A stretch of 64,000 nucleotides of DNA from Bradymonadia bacterium (GTDB lineage Bacteria > Myxococcota_A > Bradymonadia > UBA7976 > UBA1532): positions 1 to 64,000 of the forward strand of contig JBKAGE010000049.1 of assembly GCA_046290225.1 (NCBI GenBank), given 5' to 3'. Below, piece after piece: positions 47,248 through 56,334 of the stretch; the first letter of the stretch is position 1; each line of letters begins with the position of its first letter. The translations under genes and the position numbers were made by a program. The notes under the pieces are model-generated. The model saw only the letters and a program-made list of their open reading frames with translations, did no database searches and was not told where the DNA came from.

Positions 47248-49335
47248 ATGACCATGCGCATCTCGACACTGGGGGCGCTGACGCTCAGCTGCCTGACGGC
47301 CACTCTCGGCGACGTGCACACCGCAGAGGCCTGCGGATGCCTCTCACCGCCCATACCTGAGGCCGAGCAGGCCGACTTCGCCATCAACCAGCAGGGTGAG
47401 CAGATCATCTTCGAAGTGGGCGACGGCACTGTGACTGCTCATGTGCTGATCAGGTACGCCGGCGAGCCTGAGAAGTTCGCCTGGATCGTGCCCGTACCCG
47501 ACGTGCCCGACTTCGCGCTGAGCTCTGCAGCGCTCTTCGGCCTGGTCGGGCAGAGTACCCGGCCCCGCCTCTTCGCCAATGTGGAGAGCATCTGTCCTTC
47601 CAGTGAGTACACATGTCGCTACCACCGGACGCCCTGGTGTTCCATTGAGGATGAAGGCGGCTCACACGGTGGGGCAGGCGCAGGTGGCGGTGAAGCGGGC
47701 GCCGGCGGCTATGCAGGTGGTGCCGGCGGAGACGCTTTTGGAGGTGAAGGTGGCCAGGGTGGTGTCGGCGGGCCTCCACCGGTTCAGGTACACCAGCGGG
47801 AGACGATCGGAAGCTACGACACGGTGGTGTTGAGCGGTGAGAGCGCCGAGGCGGTGGTGAGCTGGCTCACAGAAGAGGGCTTCATCGTCAACGAGAGCAT
47901 GGCGCCTTACATGCAGCCCTATCTCGAGGCCAACATGCTCTTCGCGGCCAGCAAGCTCGTCCCCGGCGCCGACGTCTCCGAGATTCAGCCATTGCAGATG
48001 ACCTTCCCTGCAGAGCATCCCATGATCCCGCTGCAGCTCACCGCCGTCGCTGCTGAGCCCCACATGCCCATCACCGCTTACATCTTCGCCGACAGGTCAT
48101 ACGTCCCAGCAGAGCAACCCCTTGTCCTGCCTGGGGACGACTTGTTCAGCGGTGGCAATTATCCTGCAGCCCTGAATCGCGCCATCGACATGGCCGGCGG
48201 TGATGCCTTCATCGCTGAGTTTTCTGGCCCTCTGCGCCCCAACCCAGTGCTCGATGAGGCCTGCTGTGATCCTGGCCGTGACGTCTGCGGTTGGGGTGGA
48301 GATGGTGTCTGCTCCTGCCCAGGGCTCGACTTCGAAGCAGAAGACTGTGCTGACCAGACAGACCTTCTTCAAGGTGTGCAGCAATACAACCAGCTCTCTG
48401 AAACACATGGCAACGTCACCCGCCTCACGACGATCTTGTCACCTGAAGAGATGACGTTCGACCCCATGTTCTCCCCTGGTCCAATCGAGCTTCAGGGGCC
48501 CCGCATACTCACAGGCCGTCGCTTCAACTTGAGTCATTGCATCCCCAATATCATCGAGCCCGATGACCGGACACGCGTCACGCGCGCACGTAACATTCAA
48601 GCCTGTGAAAATATGTATTGCGGCAGTGAAGCAGACACATGCGCCGTCGCCGCCGGCCCCAACGTCGGTTGTATCTGTGCCCCCGGTCGAGTCGCTCGTC
48701 GTTACACCAACCTCGACGGCGCAGTCCAGGTCACTTGTGTGCCCGACACACATACGGTCGACCTCTCCGTCGACGGTATCCCACCGCCAAGTGCATGTCT
48801 GGGTGTGGACTGTGCGGAAGGTGTCTGTGTCGATGTTGGTGGTTTCCCCACTTGCCGCTGTGATCCAGGCAAGGTGGCGGTACAGGTCATCGACAGCAAT
48901 CCTGCGCCCACCTGCGTAGATCCCACAGTGACCGCTGATGGGCCCGGCGGGGAAAACTACACCCTCGACTTCCCCGACATCCCAGTCTGTGCGCCGAGAC
49001 CCAACGGCTGTGGCGCCGATGGCTGGTTGGTGCCCAGAGCCTTGAGAGCAGGTGAGATACGTGGAGTCATGTGTCCATCCTCTATCCCAGATCCCGCGTT
49101 GCTCGTGCCTCCACCACCGCCGAGATGCCCAGAGAGCGATGACTCCGACGACTCTGACGACTCCGACGACTCAAGTGGCTCGGGTGGCTCGGGCGAACCC
49201 ATGTCCATGGCGGACGGTGGTCCGACGCGCTACGTAGATCGCGAGTCTGGGTGCAGCTGCCGCACCTATGACGGAGGCGCTGGTGGCCTGTGGCTTTTGC
49301 CTCTGTTGCTGGGCTTCGCGATACGACGTCGCTGA
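47248..49335 (+). CDS. DUF2330-like protein with Cys-rich region and MYXO-CTERM tail
   Basis: Signal peptide ending AEA-CGC; QQGEQIIF, IRYAGEPEKFAWIVPVP, PMIPLQLT, VTRL...SPEEMTFDP; GCSC...LWLLPLLLGFAIRRR. Confidence 0.85.
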   Translation: MTMRISTLGALTLSCLTATLGDVHTAEACGCLSPPIPEAEQADFAINQQGEQIIFEVGDGTVTAHVLIRYAGEPEKFAWIVPVPDVPDFALSSAALFGLVGQSTRPRLFANVESICPSSEYTCRYHRTPWCSIEDEGGSHGGAGAGGGEAGAGGYAGGAGGDAFGGEGGQGGVGGPPPVQVHQRETIGSYDTVVLSGESAEAVVSWLTEEGFIVNESMAPYMQPYLEANMLFAASKLVPGADVSEIQPLQMTFPAEHPMIPLQLTAVAAEPHMPITAYIFADRSYVPAEQPLVLPGDDLFSGGNYPAALNRAIDMAGGDAFIAEFSGPLRPNPVLDEACCDPGRDVCGWGGDGVCSCPGLDFEAEDCADQTDLLQGVQQYNQLSETHGNVTRLTTILSPEEMTFDPMFSPGPIELQGPRILTGRRFNLSHCIPNIIEPDDRTRVTRARNIQACENMYCGSEADTCAVAAGPNVGCICAPGRVARRYTNLDGAVQVTCVPDTHTVDLSVDGIPPPSACLGVDCAEGVCVDVGGFPTCRCDPGKVAVQVIDSNPAPTCVDPTVTADGPGGENYTLDFPDIPVCAPRPNGCGADGWLVPRALRAGEIRGVMCPSSIPDPALLVPPPPPRCPESDDSDDSDDSDDSSGSGGSGEPMSMADGGPTRYVDRESGCSCRTYDGGAGGLWLLPLLLGFAIRRR

Positions 49336-49336
49336 C

Positions 49337-49660
49337 TCAAGGCCCGCTCACATCGAGCTCCCACACCTGCTGAGCGTATTCGAGGATCAGGGCGCAGAGG
49401 CCCTCTTCGAGGGTGTGCGTGTCACGACGAAAATACGACGCCCCCAATGGCCCCCCACTGGCGACGACGGTGTAGGGGCCGCTGTCTCCGGAGCCGCGAC
49501 GCTCTCCATCCAGCTTGATCAAGATCACAGCCCCATCGACACGCATCCGCTCGAGCAAAGGCCGAACTGGATCTACGCCACTCCAATCTTCGGCGATTGA
49601 AACCCCGAGCTGTTCAGCGACCCAGCACACACGCCATCTTTGATGCGCTCGCGGTGTCAT
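49337..49660 (-). CDS. Small hypothetical protein
   Basis: ATG at 49660 overlaps the activator stop (ATGA); globular-looking ILIKLDGER...PYTVV segment. Confidence 0.55.
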   Translation of the reverse strand: MTPRAHQRWRVCWVAEQLGVSIAEDWSGVDPVRPLLERMRVDGAVILIKLDGERRGSGDSGPYTVVASGGPLGASYFRRDTHTLEEGLCALILEYAQQVWELDVSGP

Positions 49661-50982
49661 CGTCCTCCACGAAAGCCCCGAGCATCGATGCCAAGTGCCT
49701 TCAACCATCGATAGACTTGCTGACGATGTTGCCCAAGCACTCGAGCCACAGCTGCGACATTGCCCTGATGCTCGCCCAGCAGCCGCTCCAGCTCACCCCG
49801 CTCAGGCATGCTCGAGGTCTGTGCTTCTGACGCCCCATCGGGGGCAGCAGGCCGCCGCATGCTCTCCGGCAACAGCTCGGTACCAATACTGCTCAGTCGT
49901 GGGGCAAAGACAGCGATGCGATCCGCGAGCAACTTCAGCTCACGGACGTTGCGGGGCCAGCTGTACGTCAACAGCCGCTCTGCGGCGTCAGTGGTCAGCT
50001 CGGGGCATGTGGGGAGAGCCGATTTGAGAAACCCCCAAAACAACCTGAGCACCTCTTCTCGACGCTCAGCGAGTCCAGGCAGTGAGATGGTGATGCCTGC
50101 GAGGCGGGCGTAGAGATCCGAGCGGAACCGTCCATCCTCTGCCGCCTGCTCCAGGTCTTGATGGGTCGCCGCCACCACCCGCACGTGCACAGGGATCTCC
50201 CGGTCTGATCCCACCGGGCGGACTTTGCCCTCTTGCAGCACGCGCAACAGGGCCGCCTGTTGGGCCATGGGCAGCTCAGCGATCTCGTCGAGGAAGATCG
50301 TGCCTCGATCTGCTTCGACGAACAGGCCTTTTCTCTGGGTGTTGGCGCCCGAGAAGGCGCCCCGCACGTGACCGAACAGTTCGCTCTCGAGCAGATGCGC
50401 CGGGATCGCCGCGCAGTTGAGTGGAACCAGCGGGCCCTGACGACCGCTGGATGCGTGCAGATGCGCCACCAGCCGCTCTTTGCCCGCACCAGTAGGCCCA
50501 TGCACCAACACCGGTAACTCACTGGGGGCAACAGTCTCTGCAAGCGACTCTGCCTGAGCCCGACCAAGAGCCACCCCAGTAAAGACATCGGGCGTCGGTA
50601 ACCCCGGGAGTTGCTCGCACTCGTTGTAGACCAGCAACGAGTCTCCAATTCGGAGGACTGCGCCTGGCCGCAGGTAGTCCGACGTGAGCGGTACCCCATC
50701 GAGGCTGCTCCCATTCGTGCTCTCTGCGTCGGAGACCCGGAACAGGCCGTATTCGCCCACCCAACTCAACCGCAAATGAACACGGCTGATCTGGTTGTCT
50801 TCCACAGTGATGCCATTGCGACCGGGTTCACGGCCGATCACGTACCCCTCGGGCAACAGCACATGACACTCAGGGGGATCGAGGGCCTTACCCCTCTGGT
50901 AAACCACCCACAACGCCCGCAAGCGCGTAGGGCCCGCGCCAGCCTTCCCGAGCGTACCTGGCTTCATCGTCGTCCCGGCCAT
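49657..50982 (-). CDS. FHA-domain sigma54-dependent transcriptional activator
   Basis: FHA IGR...ISRVH...STNGS; GPTGAGKE, ESELFGH..GAFSGA, IFLDEI, WPRNVREL; Fis-type HTH. Confidence 0.93.
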   Translation of the reverse strand: MAGTTMKPGTLGKAGAGPTRLRALWVVYQRGKALDPPECHVLLPEGYVIGREPGRNGITVEDNQISRVHLRLSWVGEYGLFRVSDAESTNGSSLDGVPLTSDYLRPGAVLRIGDSLLVYNECEQLPGLPTPDVFTGVALGRAQAESLAETVAPSELPVLVHGPTGAGKERLVAHLHASSGRQGPLVPLNCAAIPAHLLESELFGHVRGAFSGANTQRKGLFVEADRGTIFLDEIAELPMAQQAALLRVLQEGKVRPVGSDREIPVHVRVVAATHQDLEQAAEDGRFRSDLYARLAGITISLPGLAERREEVLRLFWGFLKSALPTCPELTTDAAERLLTYSWPRNVRELKLLADRIAVFAPRLSSIGTELLPESMRRPAAPDGASEAQTSSMPERGELERLLGEHQGNVAAVARVLGQHRQQVYRWLKALGIDARGFRGGR

Positions 50983-51163
50983 CTATGCCTCACCCTCGTG
51001 CTGTACGGGTGTACGTCGGCGCAGGTTGTACCACAGGGCAGATCGAAGGTGCTCGGCTCGGGCCTTCGCGATGCGCAACACGTGACGTCACAGCGTCACA
51101 GCAGCGAGGTCCAAAAACAGCGAGTAGGCCTCAAAAGGACTGATACCGCGGTCCGGAGTCACT

Positions 51164-51179
51164 TGGCACGCCCCTTGGA
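51164..51179 (+). promoter_or_regulatory. Possible sigma54-like promoter with variant -12 element
   Basis: TGGCACG-CCCC-TTGGA: perfect -24 box, TTGG instead of TTGC; divergent from the activator gene. Confidence 0.45.
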
Positions 51180-51228
51180 TAAGAGTGTTTTCGACAAACG
51201 AACACCCTCAACCACATAGGAGAATGTC

Positions 51229-52050
51229 ATGAAGACTCTGCTCGCCAGCCTCAGCCTCGTCGCCTTGCTTACCAGCTCAGCCATGGCTGGCACCTGCTAC
51301 GAAGACTCTGCGGTTCACGGACGAGACATGCCCTCGTTTGCACCCAACAACGCCTATGGCCTCGAGTCGTTCCGCTTCAAATTCACCAATGGAGATCACC
51401 ACATACGGCGAATTGCAGTCGAAGCTTGGAAGAGAGGCTCCACTGATATGCTGTCCACCTCGTTGGCAGACAAGGGCAACAACGACCCATATGAGTTCAG
51501 AGTGTGTGGTGTAAAACTCGACAAAGTGCCTGGGGTCAAGCTGGGCACTGCCAAGGTCAGCGGTCGAGGTACTGGCTGGACTTCACTCGGAGTGAACCAG
51601 ATGTACAACTACGAGTTCGTCATTCGCGGGTTCGACCTTCAGTTCAAGCAAGGTGACCGTGAGTTGAGAAAAATCATGGTCGAATATGACCGCAATACAC
51701 GGCGCCTCAATGTTCACTTCAAAGACGACGGCAACCCTTACTTCACGGCAGAGATCCAATATGCCTGGGTCCCCAGGTCTCGGCTGATACCGCTCGGCAC
51801 ACCGAAGAAGAGCGTGAACATGACGCGCTTCAACAGCCGGGCTTTCGCAGGCGGCAAGGGTCAGGACACAATGAAGCTCAAGGGTCAGAGGGGCAAGCGC
51901 ATGTTGCAGAGCTTCGAGTTCACGTACAAAGACGCCACACATCACATGGACGAGTTGGTTCTGAACTTGTGGAACGGCGCCGCCGCTCTGAACGACAAGA
52001 ACAACGACGACATCTTCCGCCTGGAAACGAAGTACGTAGTGTTGAGGTGA
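51229..52050 (+). CDS. Secreted basic beta-rich protein with three internal repeats
   Basis: AGGAG RBS; signal peptide ending AMA; FRFKFTNGDHHI, FDLQFKQGDREL, FEFTYKDATHHM. Confidence 0.8.
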   Translation: MKTLLASLSLVALLTSSAMAGTCYEDSAVHGRDMPSFAPNNAYGLESFRFKFTNGDHHIRRIAVEAWKRGSTDMLSTSLADKGNNDPYEFRVCGVKLDKVPGVKLGTAKVSGRGTGWTSLGVNQMYNYEFVIRGFDLQFKQGDRELRKIMVEYDRNTRRLNVHFKDDGNPYFTAEIQYAWVPRSRLIPLGTPKKSVNMTRFNSRAFAGGKGQDTMKLKGQRGKRMLQSFEFTYKDATHHMDELVLNLWNGAAALNDKNNDDIFRLETKYVVLR

Positions 52051-52530
52051 CTCTCTTACTCACCTCATCGAGCATATCCGTGAGCTGTGGCCGATAGAGG
52101 CTCACGGCAAACTCGACGCTGTCATCGAAAAGCGTCAGCTCACCTGATCGCGTGGTCATCGCGGTACGCGGCCGATCAAATGGAACCACCCCCAAAGTGG
52201 CGATCCCATAGAAGACCCCCCTCCGAAACAGGCCTGACCCCATTGCCACCAACTACACCCACTCGACGGTGCTGACGTCGTGGTTGGCGATCTACAATAG
52301 CCCCACACCTACGGTCGTCTTGGAGCGGGATGTGTCCTGACATGCCCAAGTGCTCTTGGACCGGTGCCCTCATATGGGCGATTTCACATATGCCTCACAG
52401 ACCAGTCCAGTGATCCTGCGTGTGAAAACCGGATCTTTGTTTACTTCTACTGGACCAGTATTTTCGTGAAATCAGTTGAAAACCACAGACCGCCGACCAC
52501 GGGTCTGGCGGCGCAGCGACGAGGTGTCCC

Positions 52531-53426
52531 ATGGAGAACGCTTCCTTCCAGACCGCAACGTTCAAGGCCAAGGTCGGCCTCGCCGAGATGCTCAAAGGCG
52601 GGGTGATCCTCGACGTGATCAACGCCGAGCAGGCCCGCATCGCCGAAGACGCCGGCGCCTCCGCCGTCATGGCCCTCGAGCGCGTGCCCGCCATGATCCG
52701 CAAGGATGGCGGCGTGGCCCGGGCGAGCGATCCCGCCATGATCGAAGAGATCAAGGCAGCAGTGAGCATCCCGGTCATGGCCAAGTGCCGTATCGGGCAC
52801 TTCATGGAAGCCCGCATCATCGAGGCCCTTGAGGTCGACTTCATCGACGAGTCCGAGGTGCTCACCCCCGCTGACGAGCAGTTCCACATCGACAAGCACG
52901 GCTTCAAGGTGCCCTTCGTCTGTGGCTGCACCGACATCGGTGAGGCCCTGCGCCGCATCGGCGAAGGCGCCGCCATGATGCGTACCAAGGGCGAGGCCGG
53001 CACCGGCAACGTCGTCGAGGGCGTGCGCCACCTGCGCACCCTGCGTACCCAGATCCGCAAGCTGACTCAGTGCAGCAGCGACGAGTTGATGACCGAGGCC
53101 AAGAACCTCGGCGCCCCCTACGAGATCGTGCGCTGGGTGGCCGAGCACGGTCGCCTGCCGGTGCCCAACTTCGCCGCCGGTGGCATCGCCACCCCCGCCG
53201 ACGCCGCCCTGTGCATGGCTCTGGGCGCTGAGGCCGTCTTCGTGGGCAGTGGGGTCTTCATGTCGGAAGATCCCGTGCGTCGGGCCAAGGCCATCGTCGA
53301 CGCCACCACCTACTGGGAGGATCCCAAGAAGCTCAAGGAGATCAGCAAGGGCCTGGGCACCGCCATGAGCGGCGTCGAGATCAACAAGCTGAGCGAGGCC
53401 GAGCGCATGGCCTACCGAGGCTGGTA

Positions 53427-53427
<1 letters not shown>
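52531..53427 (+). CDS. pdxS: Pyridoxal 5'-phosphate synthase lyase subunit
   Basis: [56 protein letters not shown] end. Confidence 0.98.
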
Positions 53428-53987
<560 letters not shown>

Positions 53988-54098
53988 CCCATAACGCGTC
54001 ATTTATTTTCGTCGTTCCGCTCCCCTTCCTGTTGACACCCACCTGCCCTCTGATACATGTGCCTCACAGTGTCACATCACGACACGTTGGAGGCTCAA

Positions 54099-54701
54099 AT
54101 GCTTGGACTCAAAACATTTTCGACTGTTTTTAGTGTAGCCGCTCTCATCGGCACCTCTGGCTGTGGTGGCGGCAAGGCCATGCACCAGCTGCCCGAGTTC
54201 CCCATGCAGTCCGTGAAGGCTGACCAGGCCGAGAAGATGAAGCTCTATGCTGGCCCCAACGGCGAGATCGAAAAGTTCTCGGTCTATGTGAAGGCAGAGG
54301 CCGTGCCGCAGTGGGCCCACGACATGGCCGACAAAGAGATCGGCAAGGGCGAAGCCTCGTCGTTCGAGGTGGAGCACTATGCCGACGGCAAGCAGACCTA
54401 TGAGATCACTCGGAAGATCGACGGGGTAAAGACCGAGATCAGTTTCTCCACCGACAAGTCGATCAACTATGTCGAGAAAGCCATCGACTGCAGCGCGACG
54501 CCGGAGAAGGTGCAGGCGGCGGCAAAGGCCGTGGCTGGCTTCAACCTCGAAGAGTGCGAGTCCAAGAAGACCGGCGACATGATGGCTTACGAGGTCGAGG
54601 GCAAGCTCAACGGCATGGGCCACAGCTTCGAGTTCAAGGCCGACGGCACCCTGGTCACCCGCCGCAAGACGATCATGGGCAAGATGGAGGTTCGGTACTG
54701 A
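54099..54701 (+). CDS. Lipoprotein with PepSY-like repeats
   Basis: GGAGG RBS; TSG-C lipobox; two VP...YEI/YEV...EI.F..DG units. Confidence 0.65.
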   Translation: MLGLKTFSTVFSVAALIGTSGCGGGKAMHQLPEFPMQSVKADQAEKMKLYAGPNGEIEKFSVYVKAEAVPQWAHDMADKEIGKGEASSFEVEHYADGKQTYEITRKIDGVKTEISFSTDKSINYVEKAIDCSATPEKVQAAAKAVAGFNLEECESKKTGDMMAYEVEGKLNGMGHSFEFKADGTLVTRRKTIMGKMEVRY

Positions 54702-54871
54702 GCACACGCCTCAGCATCTCAATCCTGCCCCCGTAAGATTACCCCTCGTACAAATCCCCATATCAGCCGATATGGGCCATTACGTACTCTTCTGGCGTGT
54801 CATCGCACAGTGTGTGACGTGTCCGTAAACCATGATTCCTCCAGTGATTCCTGGAGTTGGGGAGAGCATAA

Positions 54872-56302
54872 ATGCGCAAGCACCTCATCCTGGCCCTGGC
54901 GTTGAGTGCCTTGGCTCTTGGCTGCGAGTCCGATGATCCTGAAGACACCCCTGTGGGTGGCAGCGGCGGCGGCGAAGCCGGCGCAGGTGGCGAGGCTGGC
55001 GGCGGTGCAGGTGGTGAGGCTGGCGGCGCAGGCGCAGGTGGTGAGGCTGGCGGCGCAGGCGCAGGTGGCATGGGTGGAGATCCCGGCGGTGCCGGCGGTG
55101 AAGGCGGCATGGGCGGTGATGGGCCCGGTCAGGCCTGTATCGACGCCTGCACCGCGCTCGCTGACTGCTCTGCGGCATCCGACGCTTGCCCTGGGATCAC
55201 CCCCGAGACCCGGGACGCGTTCTATGATGCCTGCCTGCCCACCTGTGAGGCCAACCCTGCCCTGCGGGCCCTCGTGAACGGCGACGACTGCGATGGCACC
55301 ATCAACACGCTGCGCGGCCTCAACGAAGACTTCGACGCCGGCTGCATCGCCGACGAGCCCATGATGTGCATGCCCGGCGAGACCTACTACCCCGGCGACG
55401 CCTGGGATGCCTGCATCAGCGACGACGGCATGTTCAACGCCGTCAGGCCCGAGAACATCTCCACCATTCCCCGCGTGGCCAGCTATGAGGAGATCGGCGA
55501 TTTGCTCTGGCGGGTGGACGGTGATCCCTCCGGTGAGGCCTTCATCGACGCCAACATCGAATATGGTCTCGACGAGGGTCTCGGCAGCCGTGTGATCCGT
55601 CGTTACGACTCCCGCATCGATGTGCCCGAGGGTGCAAACTGTCGCGACGAGAACGCAGGTGAGCTGTGGCCCGACTACTGCGTCGGCCCCGGTAAGATCC
55701 TCCCGATCCTCAACGCCGCCTTCGACGCCGGCGCTGTGGGTACGGAGCCTCGCCTGAACGCACGCCGCGTCGAGGCGGCCCTGCTCTGGTTCCTGCACGT
55801 GTCCTCCTTCAAGGAGGCCAACTCCTGCGCGGGCAAGGCTGTGGACTGCGACTCCGCATGGGGCTACTACGGTGGCGGCGGTCAGCCCGGTGGCGACATG
55901 GCCTTCGGCTTCGGCGGTGTGGTGCAGAGCATCGACACCGACGCCCACGAGGCCATCATGCAGGCCCTGCTCGCCGTGCGCTGCTGGCGTGATCTCGACG
56001 ACGCCGAGGTGGCGGAGAACGGTGATCTGCACCAACAGGCCCTCGACCAGCTCGAGCCCGCTCTGGACCGTGGCCTGGCGGTGGTCTTGATGCACGCCCT
56101 GGAGCAGTACGCTCAGGGTGGCGATGCCGCTGCTGAGTGGTGGGCCTACCTCGAGGTCCTCGGCCCCACCGTGGAGACCGGCGCCCGCCGCCGCGGTGAC
56201 GACGCCGCAGCTGACCGCCTGGTGGCCTTCTTCACCGGCGGCGCCCCCGACGACATCGAGCCCGCCATGGGCGATCTTGAGATGCTGTTCCCCTGTCCTT
56301 GA
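54872..56302 (+). CDS. Lipoprotein: Gly-rich linker, Cys-rich domain, helical C-terminal domain
   Basis: ALG-C lipobox; GAGGEAG repeats; CIDACTALADC; DSAWGYYGG. Confidence 0.8.
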   Translation: MRKHLILALALSALALGCESDDPEDTPVGGSGGGEAGAGGEAGGGAGGEAGGAGAGGEAGGAGAGGMGGDPGGAGGEGGMGGDGPGQACIDACTALADCSAASDACPGITPETRDAFYDACLPTCEANPALRALVNGDDCDGTINTLRGLNEDFDAGCIADEPMMCMPGETYYPGDAWDACISDDGMFNAVRPENISTIPRVASYEEIGDLLWRVDGDPSGEAFIDANIEYGLDEGLGSRVIRRYDSRIDVPEGANCRDENAGELWPDYCVGPGKILPILNAAFDAGAVGTEPRLNARRVEAALLWFLHVSSFKEANSCAGKAVDCDSAWGYYGGGGQPGGDMAFGFGGVVQSIDTDAHEAIMQALLAVRCWRDLDDAEVAENGDLHQQALDQLEPALDRGLAVVLMHALEQYAQGGDAAAEWWAYLEVLGPTVETGARRRGDDAAADRLVAFFTGGAPDDIEPAMGDLEMLFPCP

Positions 56303-56334
56303 GCGGACGACCGTGCCTTCGGCACCGTCGCCCG

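Noticed and set aside
52040..52373. Possible decayed gene on the minus strand (frame with two in-frame TAG before LVAMGSG...)
   Set aside because: No recognisable family and it overlaps the end of the real plus-strand gene; it cannot be supported without a search. Real genes here end in TAG, so recoding is not indicated.
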